From: Simkaniaceae bacterium
GTDB taxonomy: Bacteria > Chlamydiota > Chlamydiia > Chlamydiales > JAJFMI01
Assembly: GCA_040880145.1 (NCBI GenBank)
Contig: JBBDIZ010000012.1
Coordinates: 1-35,052, forward strand
Length of the DNA: 35,052 nucleotides
Direction of reading: 5' to 3'
The notes under the pieces were generated by a model. It saw only the letters and a program-made list of their open reading frames with translations, did not search any database and had not been told where the DNA came from. Below, in pieces: positions 17,864-29,486 of the stretch; positions within the stretch are counted from its first letter, which is position 1; every line of letters begins with the position of its first letter. The translations under genes and the position numbers were made by a program.

Positions 17864-20800
17864 TCAATCTCCGGTAAAGACAAATTCGAGGTCTTCTTCC
17901 CTTTCACTTCTAAGAAGCGTTTTTGTGCGCTCTTTAAAGCTCGTGAAGCCCGTACCTCCGGGAATCATATGACCGATAATGAGGTTCGACTTGAAGTCGA
18001 GCATGTAGTCATCTTTCCCTTCACTTGCTGCATCTGTTAGAACAAGTGTTGTTTGCTGAAAGGAGGCTGCTGAAACGAAAGATTCCGTTCCAAGCGATGC
18101 CTTGGTAATTCCAAGAAGAACAGGTGTTGCCTGCGCCGGACGCCCCCCCTCTGAGATTACCTTCCCATTCTGTCTATGGAACTGCTTCTTATCGATATCT
18201 TCACCATATAGGAAAGTGGTATCACCCGGATCAGTAATACGGACTTTCTGAAGCATTTGACGCACGATCACCTCGATATGCTTATCGTCAATATCCACAC
18301 CCTGAAGTCGATAGACTTCCTGAACCTGATTGACAAGATACTTCTGCAATTCACGGACACCGCAAATTTCTAAAATCTCTTGAGGAACAACCAGGCCATC
18401 TGTCAATTCCTGCCCTTTTACAACTAAATCGCCTCTTTGAACGATTAAATGCTTTGTAAGCGGAATTAAGTGTTCTTCTTCCAGGCCTGTTTCATCATCG
18501 CGAACGACAACGATTCGCTTGTTTTTTTGAACACCTTTAAAGTCGACAACTCCATCAATTTTAGCGATCTCTGCCGCATCACGAGGTTTACGAGCCTCAA
18601 ATAATTCAGCTACACGAGGAAGACCCCCTGTAATATCTTTTGTCTTAATCGCACCGCGAGGCAGTCTTGCCAAAATCATACCTGCAGAAACATGCTGACC
18701 TTCAGAAACGGAGAGGAAGGCTCCTGATGGAATCGCATAGGTTCCAATCATATCCTTCGCCTCTTTGTCAGCATAAATCATAATCTGTGGATGGAGCTCG
18801 CCTCGATGCTGCTTCACAACCAGTTCACTTTGACCTGTCTGTTTGTTGACATCGCGTTGAGTTGAAATCCCTTCGACGAGATCTTCATATTTGACAAAAC
18901 CCGGCTTTTCGCAGATGATAGGAATGTTATGCTGCTCCCAAAGAGCTACCTTTTCCCCCTTCTTAACAGCTGCTCCATCATCCCTTAGAATTTGTGTTCC
19001 AAGTTGAATGGCAAAAGTTTGCATGGGCACAATGGATTTTGTGGAAAGAAGTTTTTTGTACTCTTCTATAGTACGCTTTTCGTCCTTCACAATATAAAGG
19101 AGTCCATTCTTATTAAGAGCTAAGTGAATGCCTTCTTTATTCTTAACGGTGCGGAGGTCATGGTAAATCAAAACCCCATCATTTTCAGCTTCAATTTCAG
19201 GACTGGTTGAAGCAGCGGCAATCCCCCCTAAGTGGAAGGTTCTCATTGTCAACTGCGTTCCCGGCTCACCGATAGATTGAGCTGCAATGATCCCCACTGC
19301 CTCCCCTTCTGCAACTTGACGCCCATTTGCAAGGTTTAGTCCATAACATTTCGAACAGATCCCGCGTCTTGTCTCACAAGTAAGCGTTGAGCGGATTTTA
19401 ATCGACTCGATTCCGGAATCGTCAATCGCTTGTGCTTGATCAACAGTAAGAATATTGCCCGACTTTGCTAACATCTTGGTGTGATCACCCGGCTGGTAGA
19501 TGTCATCGCATACCGTCCGTCCATAAATCCGATCCTTAAGAGGAAGAAGCTCTTCTTGACCTTGCTTAATTGCAGAAACATCGATTCCACCCAACGTTTC
19601 ACAATCTTGCTCGGTTACAATTACCTCTTGAGCAACATCGACAAGACGTCTTGTCAAGTACCCGGAGTCAGCTGTTTTAAGCGCTGTATCGGATAAACCT
19701 TTACGTGCACCATGGGAGCTAATGAAATATTCGAGAACGGAAAGACCTTCTCTAAAGGAAGCTGTAATGGGAGACTCGTGAATTTCACCTGACGGCTTCG
19801 CCATCAAACCGCGCATCGCCCCAAGCTGCTTCACCTGAGTCTTGGTGCCTCGAGCACCTGAATCAAGCATCATAAAGAGAGAATTAATTTTCGAATCTTT
19901 AGGCTGTTTAATCATATCGTAAAGAGCATCTGAAATCACTTCTGCAACTTCTGTCCAAATACTAATGATCTTCGAGTGACGCTCTCCATCCGTGATGACG
20001 CCATCTTCGTACTGCTTCACTACAACAGCAACCTTCCTATACGCCTTTTCGATCTCAACCTGCTTGCTCTCAGGAACGTCGACATCGACAACGCCCATAG
20101 AAGTCGCCGCCTTTGTCGCTTGGGAGAACCCTAAACTTTTCAAGTTATCAAGGAACTTAACCGTTTCTTCTAAGCCTACATGCTTATAAGTATCTAAAAT
20201 AAGCTGACTCATCTCTTTTTTTCGAAGCGCATAGTTTTGAAAGCCTATTGACGGAGGCACAATGCGGTTAAAGATGACGCGCCCCGGCGTTGTGACAATA
20301 ATTCCACCATCAATACGCACTTTAATTTGTTCGTGCATATGAAGCCCGCGTCCAATATCATCTTGCCTTTGGCTTTCTTTATCTTCGCGATTTCGGTTGT
20401 AGCTGAGACCTGCATTCAGCGCGAGACTCACCTCATCAATCGAGCTAAAGACTTTCGTTTTCTCTCCATGATCCTCGGGGATATACAGAGGATCGTGCAT
20501 CAAATAATAAAGACCTAAAATCATATCCTTTGAAGGGATGGCAACGGGTTTTCCGGAAGATGGCAGGAAAATGTTGTCCGGCGCCATCATAAGAAGTTTT
20601 GCCTCAATTTGAGCTTCAACAGAGAGCGGGACGTGAACAGCCATTTGGTCTCCATCAAAGTCAGCATTGAACGCGCCGCAAACAAGAGGATGGAGGCGGA
20701 TCGCTTTTCCTTCAATGATGATCGGTTCAAAGGCCTGAATCCCAAGTCTATGGAGAGTTGGAGCCCTGTTGAGTAGAACAGGATGACCTTTAATCACCTC

Positions 20801-22027
20801 TTCTAAAACATCCCAAACCTCGTCATCTTGTCTTTGGATCATTTTCTTCGCAGATCGAATCGTGTAGACAAGACCGCGATCTTTAAGATGCTTGACGATA
20901 AAAGGCTCGAAAAGTTCCAAAGCCATTTGTTTTGGAATTCCGCACTGATTGAGCTTAAGCTCAGGGCCTACAACAATAACCGATCGGCCTGAGTAGTCGA
21001 CACGCTTTCCAAGAAGGTTTTGACGGAAACGCCCTTGTTTGCCCTTTAACATTTCAGAAAGAGCTTTTAAAGGCCGGTTGCCGGCTCCCATAACAGGATG
21101 GCCATGACGACCGTTATCAAAAAGTGCATCGACAGCTTCCTGGAGCATTCGTTTCTCATTGCGGACAATAACATCAGGAGTCTTGAGCTTTAAAATCGCT
21201 TTTAAACGATTATTTCGGTTGATGACTCGTCGATAAAGATCATTTAGATCACTCGTTGCAAAGCGTCCGCCATCTAATGGAACGAGTGGTCTTAAATCAG
21301 GAGGTATAACCGGAACGGCTCCGAGAACCATCCATTCAGCCTTGTTAGGAGACTGAGAAAAACTCTCAATAATTTTTAAACGCTTTGCGATTTTCATTCG
21401 TGCTTGCATCGACTTTGTCTTGCGAAGCCGTTCTTTCAGCTCAACAACGAGTTGGATTAAATCCTCGCCTGAAAGAAGAGCGCTTACGGCATCTCCCCCC
21501 ATCATCACCTTGAAGGATTCAGGACCCCACTTTTCTTGAGCTTCGCGAAGCTCAACGTCATTTAAAAGCTGCTTTCGATCAAGTGTCGTTCGGCCTGGAT
21601 CTGTAACGACATACTCTTCGTAGTAAATCACGCGCTCTAGGTCTGCACTAGACATTCCTAGAATATTCCCGATTCGCGAGGGTTGTGACTTAAAAAACCA
21701 AATATGAACAACAGGGACTGCGAGATCGATATGCGCCATGCGCTCCCGGCGAACCTTAGAGAGGGTGACTTCCACGCCGCAACGATCACAGACGATCCCT
21801 TTGTGCTTGATTTTTTTATACTTGCCGCAAGCACACTCCCAATCGCGAGTGGGGCCGAATATCTTCTCGCAGAAAAGGCCGCCCTTTTCAGGCTTAAAGG
21901 TTCGGTAGTTAATCGTTTCGGGTTTTTTTATCTCACCACGCGACCATTCATTACGAATCACGTCACTAGAGGCGATTCGAATCGTTAATTTGTCAAATTG
22001 AGAATTTGTATTCTGATCTTCTTGCAT
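17864..22027 (-). CDS. rpoC: RNA polymerase beta' subunit
   Basis: KPETINYRT, Zn finger [17 protein letters not shown] catalytic motif, [22 protein letters not shown]. Confidence 0.99.
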   Translation of the reverse strand: MQEDQNTNSQFDKLTIRIASSDVIRNEWSRGEIKKPETINYRTFKPEKGGLFCEKIFGPTRDWECACGKYKKIKHKGIVCDRCGVEVTLSKVRRERMAHIDLAVPVVHIWFFKSQPSRIGNILGMSSADLERVIYYEEYVVTDPGRTTLDRKQLLNDVELREAQEKWGPESFKVMMGGDAVSALLSGEDLIQLVVELKERLRKTKSMQARMKIAKRLKIIESFSQSPNKAEWMVLGAVPVIPPDLRPLVPLDGGRFATSDLNDLYRRVINRNNRLKAILKLKTPDVIVRNEKRMLQEAVDALFDNGRHGHPVMGAGNRPLKALSEMLKGKQGRFRQNLLGKRVDYSGRSVIVVGPELKLNQCGIPKQMALELFEPFIVKHLKDRGLVYTIRSAKKMIQRQDDEVWDVLEEVIKGHPVLLNRAPTLHRLGIQAFEPIIIEGKAIRLHPLVCGAFNADFDGDQMAVHVPLSVEAQIEAKLLMMAPDNIFLPSSGKPVAIPSKDMILGLYYLMHDPLYIPEDHGEKTKVFSSIDEVSLALNAGLSYNRNREDKESQRQDDIGRGLHMHEQIKVRIDGGIIVTTPGRVIFNRIVPPSIGFQNYALRKKEMSQLILDTYKHVGLEETVKFLDNLKSLGFSQATKAATSMGVVDVDVPESKQVEIEKAYRKVAVVVKQYEDGVITDGERHSKIISIWTEVAEVISDALYDMIKQPKDSKINSLFMMLDSGARGTKTQVKQLGAMRGLMAKPSGEIHESPITASFREGLSVLEYFISSHGARKGLSDTALKTADSGYLTRRLVDVAQEVIVTEQDCETLGGIDVSAIKQGQEELLPLKDRIYGRTVCDDIYQPGDHTKMLAKSGNILTVDQAQAIDDSGIESIKIRSTLTCETRRGICSKCYGLNLANGRQVAEGEAVGIIAAQSIGEPGTQLTMRTFHLGGIAAASTSPEIEAENDGVLIYHDLRTVKNKEGIHLALNKNGLLYIVKDEKRTIEEYKKLLSTKSIVPMQTFAIQLGTQILRDDGAAVKKGEKVALWEQHNIPIICEKPGFVKYEDLVEGISTQRDVNKQTGQSELVVKQHRGELHPQIMIYADKEAKDMIGTYAIPSGAFLSVSEGQHVSAGMILARLPRGAIKTKDITGGLPRVAELFEARKPRDAAEIAKIDGVVDFKGVQKNKRIVVVRDDETGLEEEHLIPLTKHLIVQRGDLVVKGQELTDGLVVPQEILEICGVRELQKYLVNQVQEVYRLQGVDIDDKHIEVIVRQMLQKVRITDPGDTTFLYGEDIDKKQFHRQNGKVISEGGRPAQATPVLLGITKASLGTESFVSAASFQQTTLVLTDAASEGKDDYMLDFKSNLIIGHMIPGGTGFTSFKERTKTLLRSEREEDLEFVFTGD

Positions 22028-22035
22028 GAGTGTCC

Positions 22036-25000
22036 CTAAATCCCTTTATTAAAATCTTCTTCGACTTGTTCAGTGCACATATTAAGTCCAAGCCCTCTCA
22101 TCTCATTTTTTAAGACGTTAAAGGACTCTGGAATCCCGGCCTTAAGGGTATTGTCCCCTTTAACAATTGACTCGTAGATTTTGGTCCTACCCTGAACATC
22201 GTCGGACTTGACCGTTAGCATCTCTTGAAGAAGGTGAGCGGCTCCATAAGCTTCGAGTGCCCACACCTCCATCTCTCCAAAACGCTGTCCCCCCATCTGA
22301 GCTTTACCGCCTAATGGCTGCTGCGTTACAAGCGAATAAGGCCCAATAGAGCGTGCGTGAATTTTATCCGAAACAAGATGAGAGAGTTTTAAAATATAAA
22401 TATAACCCACTACAACAGGATTATCAAAACGCTCACCTGTACGTCCATCATAGAGGTACATTTTTCCGTTAGGGGAAAGATTCGCTTCCTTCATCATCTG
22501 CCAGATCTTCATCTCAGGGAAGCCTTCAAAAACAGGACTCTTGATATAGATCCCCATCTTCTTAGCCGCATAGCCTAAGTGAGTTTCGAGAAGCTGCCCC
22601 ATATTCATCCGAGAAGGTACCCCGAGAGGATTTAAAATAATCTCAATACTTGTACCATCTGCAAGATAAGGCATATCAGCTTCCGGAACGAGGATAGAGA
22701 CAACCCCTTTGTTACCGTGGCGGCCTGCCATCTTATCGCCAACTTCAAGCTTACGCTTTGTAGCCACATAGACTTTAACCTGACGAATGATGCCGGGATC
22801 GAGTTCCGTATCCCCTTTTCTCAAGTACTCAATCTCTGTCTTATGCTCCATTTCAAGCTCAAGAAGGGCTTTTCTATGGTCGCGGACGATTTCCTTGAAT
22901 TTGGTGTATAGATCATTTTCAGGAATAATGAGGTCAGCAAGATCTTCAGCTTCAAGCTGCTCGATAACTTCTTGAGTAATCGGTTGGTCCTCTTCCAGAA
23001 TTACCTCGCCGCTTTTGCGGTGCATAATCGCTTTCGGAGCGGTTTCATTATGGAAAAGAGCGCCAATGCTTTCATGATACTTCAGCTGCTCTTCTTCGTC
23101 TTTCTCTTTAAATATCTTATGAATCGCTTTCACACGAACGGCATCTTCTACGATTTCATCATCCGTTTTCGACAATCGATCCTTACGGTGTAAAAAGCGA
23201 GTCATCATGACCTTTCCATAAACTCCGGGAGGAGCTGTCATAGAAGTGTCCTTGACATCTGCAGCTTTTTCACCAAAAATGGCTCTTAAAAGCCGCTCTT
23301 CAGGAGAGAGTTCCGTTTCAGATTTAGGAGAGGTCTTGCCAACGAGAATATCTCCCGGCTCGACATCTGCTCCAATTCGGATAACGCCATCGTCTCCAAG
23401 GTCAGCTAATGCCTCTTCAGATACATTGGGAATATCACGAGTGATCTCTTCTCTCCCAAGTTTTGTATCTCGAGCCGTTAACTCAAATTCCTCTAGATAA
23501 ACCGAGGTGTACGTATCCGCTTTGATCAATTTCTCTGAAATGATAATCGCATCTTCGTAGTTGTAGCCGCACCATGGCATAAAGGCGACAAGAACGTTCT
23601 TCCCAAGTGCCAGTTCACCAAGCTCTGTCGCAGGACCATCTGCTAAAACATCGCCTGCTGTGACGACATCTCCAACGTGGCAAAGAGGCGACTGATTGAC
23701 ACAAGTTCCTGAGTTAGACCGCATGAATTTCTTGAGTTGATAGACCTTTTTGTTAACCGGATTGGCTTTTGGAGCCACTACGATCTTTAAACCATCTACA
23801 TAATCAATAACCCCATCTTCTTCAGCAAAAATAACCGCTCCGGAGTCTTTCGCGCAGCGCGCTTCAAGCCCTGTTCCTACGAGAGGAGCATCCGGTTTTA
23901 GAAGAGGAACCGCTTGACGTTGCATATTTGAACCCATCAAAGCGCGGTTCGCATCATCATGCTCCAAAAATGGAATCAATCCGGTTACGATCGAAACAAG
24001 CTGCTTTGGAGAGACGTCCATGTGAGTGACTTTGCTTGTCTCAATTTTTAAAGACTCGCCGCGGTAACGCGCCCAAACGATTTCCTCTTCAAACATTTTG
24101 AATTCATCTAATGGGGCGGATGCCTGAGCAATGATACAGGTCTCTTCATGGTCAGCGGTCATGTACTCAATTTCTTCTGTAACAACCCCATCACGAACGA
24201 TGCGATAAGGCGTTTCAATAAAGCCAAATTCATTGATTTTGGCAAAAGATGAAAGAGAAGTAATCAGACCAATGTTAGGTCCTTCCGGTGTTTCAATTGG
24301 ACAGACTCTGCCATAATGGCTAGAGTGAACGTCACGAACTTCAAAACCTGCACGCTCTCGATTAAGACCACCCGGTCCCAAAGAAGAAAGTCGTCTTTTG
24401 TGGGTTAATTCCGATACCGGATTGGTTTGATCCATAAATTGAGATAGCTGTGATCTACCAAAGAAATCTTTTAAAACACCGGCTAAACCTTTTGCAGAAA
24501 CCAATTTTCCGGGAGTCAAGGTATCAGAGGAAAAGTCAAAGAGATTCATACGCTCTTTAATAATTTTTTCCATTCGAGATAGACCAATTCGGCATTGGTT
24601 TTGAACAAGCTCTCCAACTGAACGAATTCGGCGGTTTGCTAAATGGTCAATATCGTCGGTATGCGCATTTTCATCTCCCCGTTTTAAACGGATGAGATAT
24701 TTTAAAGCTTCGACGATATCCTCTTTTCTAAGGGTGACTTTTTCTAAATCAGTGCCCTTTGTCTCAATACCGAGCTTTCGGTTGAGTTTATACCGCCCGA
24801 CTCTTCCAAGATTATAGCGTTTTGGATCAAAGAAAAGACGCATGATAGCAGAACGAGCATTCGCAAGCGTTGCAGGCTCGCCCGGACGAATCTTACGATA
24901 AAAATCCTTAAGAGCCGATTCATAAGAATCTGTCGGATCTTTAGCAAGCATTTTAATGATTGGACTTGTCTCATCGGCATCCTCTGCGATACGAACAGCA

Positions 25001-25815
25001 GCAACACCCGCATCAAGCATACGCTTAAGCATAGCGGTTGTGATTTTTTCAGACGCCTTGCCAAAAATCGAGCCTGTCCCTTCATCGACAACATCTTCAG
25101 CTAGAATTTTTCCGACAAGTTTTGTAAAGTCTTTTTCAGAGCGAATTTTGACACGATGCGTGTTAAAAAACTCCTCTATAATATCCGCATCTGATGAGAA
25201 TCCAAGAGTCCGAACAAAGGAGGTTGCAAGGACCTTGCGCCGGCGTTTTTTTCGATCGATATAAATATAGATTAGGTCGTTGCTGTCAAAAGCTGCCTCT
25301 AACCAACTTCCTCGATAAGGAATCACACGGAAGGAATAGAGAATGATACCCTTTTGATGCTTTTCTGACTCAAAGGAGATCCCCGGAGAGCGATGCAGTT
25401 GAGAAACGATAACGCGTTCTGCTCCGTTGACAACAAACGTTCCCTTATCGGTCATAAGAGGAAGCGTACCCATATAAACTTCTTCTTCCTTAATACCGGT
25501 CTCATCCGTAAGGCGGAACTTCACTTTCAAAGTCACATTATAAGTGATCCCGCGGCGGATGCACTCTTCAGGAGAATATTTAGGAACGCCAAGGGAATAG
25601 GAAATATATTCTAAAAGCGTTTTTTCATCATAAGACTTGATAGGAAATATCTCTGAGAAAACTTCCTCGAGACCCATATTTTGTCGTTCATTGATGAGTT
25701 TATCCGCTTGCAGAAAGTCGCGGTATGATTTGGTTTGAATTTCAATCAGGTTCGGGAGATCGAGTATGTCTTCTTTTTCATAAAAACTCACCCTTTTACG
25801 CGGACGCTCTAGCAT
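22036..25815 (-). CDS. rpoB: RNA polymerase beta subunit
   Basis: [53 protein letters not shown]. Confidence 0.99.
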   Translation of the reverse strand: MLERPRKRVSFYEKEDILDLPNLIEIQTKSYRDFLQADKLINERQNMGLEEVFSEIFPIKSYDEKTLLEYISYSLGVPKYSPEECIRRGITYNVTLKVKFRLTDETGIKEEEVYMGTLPLMTDKGTFVVNGAERVIVSQLHRSPGISFESEKHQKGIILYSFRVIPYRGSWLEAAFDSNDLIYIYIDRKKRRRKVLATSFVRTLGFSSDADIIEEFFNTHRVKIRSEKDFTKLVGKILAEDVVDEGTGSIFGKASEKITTAMLKRMLDAGVAAVRIAEDADETSPIIKMLAKDPTDSYESALKDFYRKIRPGEPATLANARSAIMRLFFDPKRYNLGRVGRYKLNRKLGIETKGTDLEKVTLRKEDIVEALKYLIRLKRGDENAHTDDIDHLANRRIRSVGELVQNQCRIGLSRMEKIIKERMNLFDFSSDTLTPGKLVSAKGLAGVLKDFFGRSQLSQFMDQTNPVSELTHKRRLSSLGPGGLNRERAGFEVRDVHSSHYGRVCPIETPEGPNIGLITSLSSFAKINEFGFIETPYRIVRDGVVTEEIEYMTADHEETCIIAQASAPLDEFKMFEEEIVWARYRGESLKIETSKVTHMDVSPKQLVSIVTGLIPFLEHDDANRALMGSNMQRQAVPLLKPDAPLVGTGLEARCAKDSGAVIFAEEDGVIDYVDGLKIVVAPKANPVNKKVYQLKKFMRSNSGTCVNQSPLCHVGDVVTAGDVLADGPATELGELALGKNVLVAFMPWCGYNYEDAIIISEKLIKADTYTSVYLEEFELTARDTKLGREEITRDIPNVSEEALADLGDDGVIRIGADVEPGDILVGKTSPKSETELSPEERLLRAIFGEKAADVKDTSMTAPPGVYGKVMMTRFLHRKDRLSKTDDEIVEDAVRVKAIHKIFKEKDEEEQLKYHESIGALFHNETAPKAIMHRKSGEVILEEDQPITQEVIEQLEAEDLADLIIPENDLYTKFKEIVRDHRKALLELEMEHKTEIEYLRKGDTELDPGIIRQVKVYVATKRKLEVGDKMAGRHGNKGVVSILVPEADMPYLADGTSIEIILNPLGVPSRMNMGQLLETHLGYAAKKMGIYIKSPVFEGFPEMKIWQMMKEANLSPNGKMYLYDGRTGERFDNPVVVGYIYILKLSHLVSDKIHARSIGPYSLVTQQPLGGKAQMGGQRFGEMEVWALEAYGAAHLLQEMLTVKSDDVQGRTKIYESIVKGDNTLKAGIPESFNVLKNEMRGLGLNMCTEQVEEDFNKGI

Positions 25816-25859
25816 CGATATGTCTCCAAATTTATGTGTTGTCTCTTAGTATGCTCAAC

Positions 25860-26088
25860 AAAGTTCAAAAGTTGGCTTTTTCCTGCTCTATCCCTTCTAT
25901 CTAATGGGATAGAAGCTGTATCGAGAAGTCCAAGTCTGAAGCAAAGGCTTTGTAAAAATTCCAACTTTTGAACTTTTTTGAGTCCACCAAGAATAAAAAA
26001 TAGGTTTGTAAAATCTATAGACTCTCTAGATGATAAATCTAGTTTTAAGAAGCCTGTAGCTTTTATAAATATATTTTTTAAGAGGTGG
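25860..26088. other. Structured non-coding segment upstream of rpoB (two large stem-loop domains)
   Basis: Perfect 16-bp inverted repeat AAAGTTCAAAAGTTGG (25860-25875) / CCAACTTTTGAACTTT (25961-25976); a second nested imperfect hairpin at 25984-26088. Confidence 0.6.
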
Positions 26089-26244
26089 TATTTATCCGGA
26101 AAATAACGGCATCGCACGCCTGCACGTCCAGAAGAGGGCCTCTGAATCAACTGGATCAACTCTAATTGGCAAAAGTAGGTCATAGATGGAATAAAAAATC
26201 CGATGCTATAAAATTAATTTGTTACAACATTTATTGCAACAGAC

Positions 26245-26276
26245 AAAAGCAGAAGCTTTAAAAAAAACTTCTGCTT
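26245..26276 (-). terminator. Terminator/attenuator hairpin downstream of rplL
   Basis: Minus strand AAGCAGAAG, 12-nt loop, CTTCTGCTT-TT, starting 24 nt after the rplL stop. Confidence 0.65.
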
Positions 26277-26300
26277 ATCAAATAAGAAAAGCTCCTACCC

Positions 26301-26696
26301 TTAAGCAGGTTTCTTTTCAATTTTAGCGCCGATATCAGCGAATTTCTTTACAATTTCATCCGCTTCATCTTTAGGTGCGCTTTCTTTCACTGATTTTGGT
26401 GCAGATTCAACAAGATCCTTAGCTTCTTTTAGCCCAAGACCTGTAATTTCACGTACAAGCTTAATCACACCAATTTTCTTATCAGCTGGGAACTCAGTAA
26501 GAATAAGTTCGAAATCTGTCACTTCCTCTTCAGCAGCTCCTGCGTCACCTGCAGGTGCAGCCATCATCATCGGAGCGGCTGCAGCTGCAGCTTTAACCCC
26601 CCACTTATCCTCTAGAAGTTCTTTTAACTTTGCCATGTCAAGCACAGTGAGAGAACTAAGTTCGTCAACTAGTTTCTGAAGTTTATCTTCACTCAC
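26301..26696 (-). CDS. rplL: 50S ribosomal protein L7/L12
   Basis: [23 protein letters not shown] hinge, [27 protein letters not shown] start with SD GGGGT. Confidence 0.97.
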   Translation of the reverse strand: MSEDKLQKLVDELSSLTVLDMAKLKELLEDKWGVKAAAAAAPMMMAAPAGDAGAAEEEVTDFELILTEFPADKKIGVIKLVREITGLGLKEAKDLVESAPKSVKESAPKDEADEIVKKFADIGAKIEKKPA

Positions 26697-26789
26697 AACA
26701 TTACCCCATTGTTTTTATCGTCATGAGAACTACTATATAGAGGCATCCACACAAAATACGGGTGTGGGATAGAGTTCTCGACTATTTTT

Positions 26790-27311
26790 TTATGATTCTT
26801 CTTCTTTTTTTGCTTTATTTTCTAAGCAGTGCATTAGAGATGTTAACAAGGCCTCCATCGCGCTTAGCGATAGAGATATTGGCGCTTCAAACAAGCCAAG
26901 AAGCTGTGAGCGCATTTCATCTCGATTCGGTAGTTTTGAGATGGTCAGAACATCATCTTTACTACACTGCGCGCCTTCGAAAAGGCCCCCTAATATTTCG
27001 ATAAGATCCTCATGACTTTTTTTGAAATCAAAGAGAGTCTTTGTAGCGCCAACAGTATCATCCTTAGCGAGCAAAATCCCTACATGTCCCGGGAGTTCAT
27101 CTTCGTTGAACTTTGCCTGTATACCTTCAATAGCTTTGAGGAAAACACGCTTTTTCATAACGAGGAATCGACCACCCTGCTGACGGAGTCTAACTCTAAA
27201 GTCAAAGGAAATATTTGCACCTAAACTCTTGTAGCTGGTCACTACAAAAGCATCTGATTCATCAATTTGATCTCTAATATCATCGAGGAGGAGTTGTTTT
27301 TCTTGTCTCAT
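26790..27311 (-). CDS. rplJ: 50S ribosomal protein L10
   Basis: MRQEKQLLL, VMKKRVFLKA, ISKLPNRDEMRSQLLGLFEAP; between rplA and rplL. Confidence 0.95.
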   Translation of the reverse strand: MRQEKQLLLDDIRDQIDESDAFVVTSYKSLGANISFDFRVRLRQQGGRFLVMKKRVFLKAIEGIQAKFNEDELPGHVGILLAKDDTVGATKTLFDFKKSHEDLIEILGGLFEGAQCSKDDVLTISKLPNRDEMRSQLLGLFEAPISLSLSAMEALLTSLMHCLENKAKKEEES

Positions 27312-27326
27312 ATATCTTCTTTTCCC

Positions 27327-28022
27327 CTAGCTGATTACTGATTGAATATCGATTTTGACACCAGGTCCCATTGTCAATGCGAGTGAAAGACCTTGAAGAT
27401 ACTGACCTTTTGCGCTCATGGGTTTGGCTCGATTGATTGCGCCCATAAAAGTCTGAATATTTTCGATCAGTTGCTCTTTTGAAAAGCTCTTCTTGCCAAC
27501 AAGATTATTGATACAGGCATTTTTATCGAGCTTGTACTCGACTTTACCTGCCTTAATCTCTTTAGTCGCCTGGCCCACATTGGGTGTAACCGTACCGGCT
27601 TTAGGGGTCGGCATTAAGCCGCGAGGACCTAATATTTTTCCAAGTTTTCCAACTTCTCTCATCATATCAGGTGTGGCTAAAACGGCATTAAAGCCAAACC
27701 ATCCACCCTTGATTTTTTCAATTGTCTCTTCATCACCTACGAAGTCAGCCCCTGCATCAAGCGCTTCCTTTAACTTATCCCCTTTAGCGAAAATGAGCAA
27801 TTTCACTTCACGCCCTGTTCCATGAGGAAGGGAAACCGTCCCACGAACTTGTTGATCAGCTTTTTTTGGGTCAGCACCCGTCTTAAGCGCTATTTCAACC
27901 GATTCATCAAACTTTAGATTTGGACAGCTCAAAAGAACCTCTATCGCTTCATCGAGCTTATAGGTCTTATCGCAGTTGACAAGCTGAGCGATTTCTTTAA
28001 ATCGTTTACTAATCTTAGTCAT
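27327..28022 (-). CDS. rplA: 50S ribosomal protein L1
   Basis: KFDESVE, QQVRGTVSLPHGTG, LGKILGPRGLMPTPKAGTV, TMGPG. Confidence 0.98.
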   Translation of the reverse strand: MTKISKRFKEIAQLVNCDKTYKLDEAIEVLLSCPNLKFDESVEIALKTGADPKKADQQVRGTVSLPHGTGREVKLLIFAKGDKLKEALDAGADFVGDEETIEKIKGGWFGFNAVLATPDMMREVGKLGKILGPRGLMPTPKAGTVTPNVGQATKEIKAGKVEYKLDKNACINNLVGKKSFSKEQLIENIQTFMGAINRAKPMSAKGQYLQGLSLALTMGPGVKIDIQSVIS

Positions 28023-28027
28023 AACTC

Positions 28028-28459
28028 TTATTCTCCCACAATATCAACGCCCATTGAGCGAGCGGTTCCCTCGATGACCTTGCATGCCGTCTCTTCATCA
28101 TAGGTGCGCATGTCGGGGAATTTAATTTTCACAATATTTTTTACTTGAGCCATCGTTAGCTTTCCCACTTTATCTCTGTTGGGAACACTCGAACCCTTGC
28201 TTTTGCCGAGCTCCTTCAAAATCAATTGAGCAGCAGGAGGTTGCTTTGTGATAAATGAGAAACTTTTATCATGGTAAACTTCAATTTCTACAGGAAGAAT
28301 ATCACCTGCCTGATTTTGAGTTTTTGCATTAAACTCCTTGCAAAAGGCCATAATGTTGACCCCAGCAGCTCCAAGAGCCGGCCCAATCGGAGGAGCAGGA
28401 TTGGCCTTTCCAGCTGGAATTTGCAGTTTGATTGTCTTAACTAGCTTTTTTTTAGCCAT
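28028..28459 (-). CDS. rplK: 50S ribosomal protein L11
   Basis: [38 protein letters not shown]. Confidence 0.98.
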   Translation of the reverse strand: MAKKKLVKTIKLQIPAGKANPAPPIGPALGAAGVNIMAFCKEFNAKTQNQAGDILPVEIEVYHDKSFSFITKQPPAAQLILKELGKSKGSSVPNRDKVGKLTMAQVKNIVKIKFPDMRTYDEETACKVIEGTARSMGVDIVGE

Positions 28460-28521
28460 TATTTTTGAATCCTTATACTAGTAAACTCTCAAGGAGAGGC
28501 AAACAAAACGCTTGTGAGTTT

Positions 28522-29061
28522 TTACGTTTCTCTTTGAGTCTCTTCAACCTGCCAGAATTCGAGATCATCAACGCGGTTTTCTCTACCGAAGATAGAGACC
28601 ATAACACTAACGCGCCCTTTTTCAGGATTTACCTCGATTACATCTCCCGTGAAGTTGACAAAGACACCTTCAGTAATTTTTACATAATCGCCGGGTTCAA
28701 TTTTATGTTTTTGAACCACTTCATCTTTCTTCTCTCTAAGCTCTTTTAAGATTTCTTCGACCTCATATTGAGATAGAGGAGTTGGCTTTGCGCCGCCCAA
28801 GAATGCAATAACGCCGGTTGTGTTTTTAATGTACATCCAAGCATCGTCAGTTAAAGCGAATTTAACAAGAATATACCCTGGCCAAAGACGCTTTTCAGTG
28901 ATTGTTTGCTTTCCTGCCTTAACTTCAGCAACATTTTCGGTTGGGACTAAAATTTCTTCAATAACGTCAACCATACCCGATTTTTCACTGTTTTCTTCTA
29001 GGGCTTTTTTTACTTTTTTCTCTTGGCCAGACATGACCTGAACAACATACCACTGGTTCAT
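28522..29061 (-). CDS. nusG: Transcription termination/antitermination factor NusG
   Basis: WYVVQVMSGQEKKV, LWPGYILV, KOW GDYVKITEGVFVNFTG, VSIFGR; ATG 29061 just after the secE stop. Confidence 0.96.
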   Translation of the reverse strand: MNQWYVVQVMSGQEKKVKKALEENSEKSGMVDVIEEILVPTENVAEVKAGKQTITEKRLWPGYILVKFALTDDAWMYIKNTTGVIAFLGGAKPTPLSQYEVEEILKELREKKDEVVQKHKIEPGDYVKITEGVFVNFTGDVIEVNPEKGRVSVMVSIFGRENRVDDLEFWQVEETQRET

Positions 29062-29062
29062 A

Positions 29063-29314
29063 TTAACCCCAAATCGCTCGCACAACTAAATTAAGTCCGT
29101 CCAATGCGCCCTTGACACACAAGTCAGCCACATAGATGCCTATTCCAAAAACAAACGTCGCTCCAAGAACAATTTTCGAGAAAAGCTTCAGCTCTTCCTT
29201 AGAGGTCCAAGTAACTTTCTTTAATTCCTCTCTAATCCCGCTAATAAAACTACCGCGAGACTTCGCCTTCTTCTTTGCATCGGAAAGCTTCATTGATTTG
29301 GATGCCACACTCAT
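29063..29314 (-). CDS. secE: Preprotein translocase subunit SecE
   Basis: ELKKVTW motif and a single C-terminal TM; ATG 29314 with AGGA SD; between trnW and nusG. Confidence 0.93.
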   Translation of the reverse strand: MSVASKSMKLSDAKKKAKSRGSFISGIREELKKVTWTSKEELKLFSKIVLGATFVFGIGIYVADLCVKGALDGLNLVVRAIWG

Positions 29315-29353
29315 AATTCCTAACAACTATGTTAAATGTTTATAAATCTAAAG

Positions 29354-29426
29354 CGAGTGCGGAGGGATTCGAACCCCCGACCGGCGACTTTGGAGATCGC
29401 TGCTCTACCAGCTGAGCTACACACCC
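29354..29426 (-). tRNA. trnW: tRNA-Trp (CCA)
   Basis: GGGTGTG/CGCACTC acceptor stem, D arm AGCTCAGCTGGTAGAGC, anticodon loop CT-CCA-AA, GGTTCGAATCC T arm; 3' CCA not encoded. Confidence 0.96.
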
Positions 29427-29445
29427 ACTAATAATAAATACAAGA

Positions 29446-29475
29446 GAAAGTTGAGCGAATACACACTCAACTTTC
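29446..29475 (-). terminator. Hairpin after tuf (terminator or processing/stability stem)
   Basis: GAAAGTTGAG (29446-29455) / CTCAACTTTC (29466-29475) perfect 10-bp stem with a T-rich tail on the minus strand. Confidence 0.65.
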
Positions 29476-29486
29476 CTATAAAATCA

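Noticed and set aside
22028..22035. Possible rpoB-rpoC fusion or intein in RpoB, RpoC or AtpA
   Set aside because: rpoB has its own TAG stop and an 8-bp gap; lengths are ordinary and no intein motifs are apparent.
24370..24460. RpoB rifampicin-resistance region
   Set aside because: [23 protein letters not shown] keeps the wild-type Q, D, H and S residues, so there is no resistance signature.
25809..26183. 124-aa ORF in the rplL-rpoB spacer
   Set aside because: No recognisable motif or SD, and the interval is better explained by inverted repeats. A leader peptide cannot be fully excluded without Ribo-seq.
28484..28521. Hairpin between nusG and rplK (AAACTC-A-CAAG / CTTG-A-GAGTTT) as an L1 autoregulatory site
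   Set aside because: A stem is possible, but I cannot see the L1-binding internal-loop consensus, so no function can be supported.
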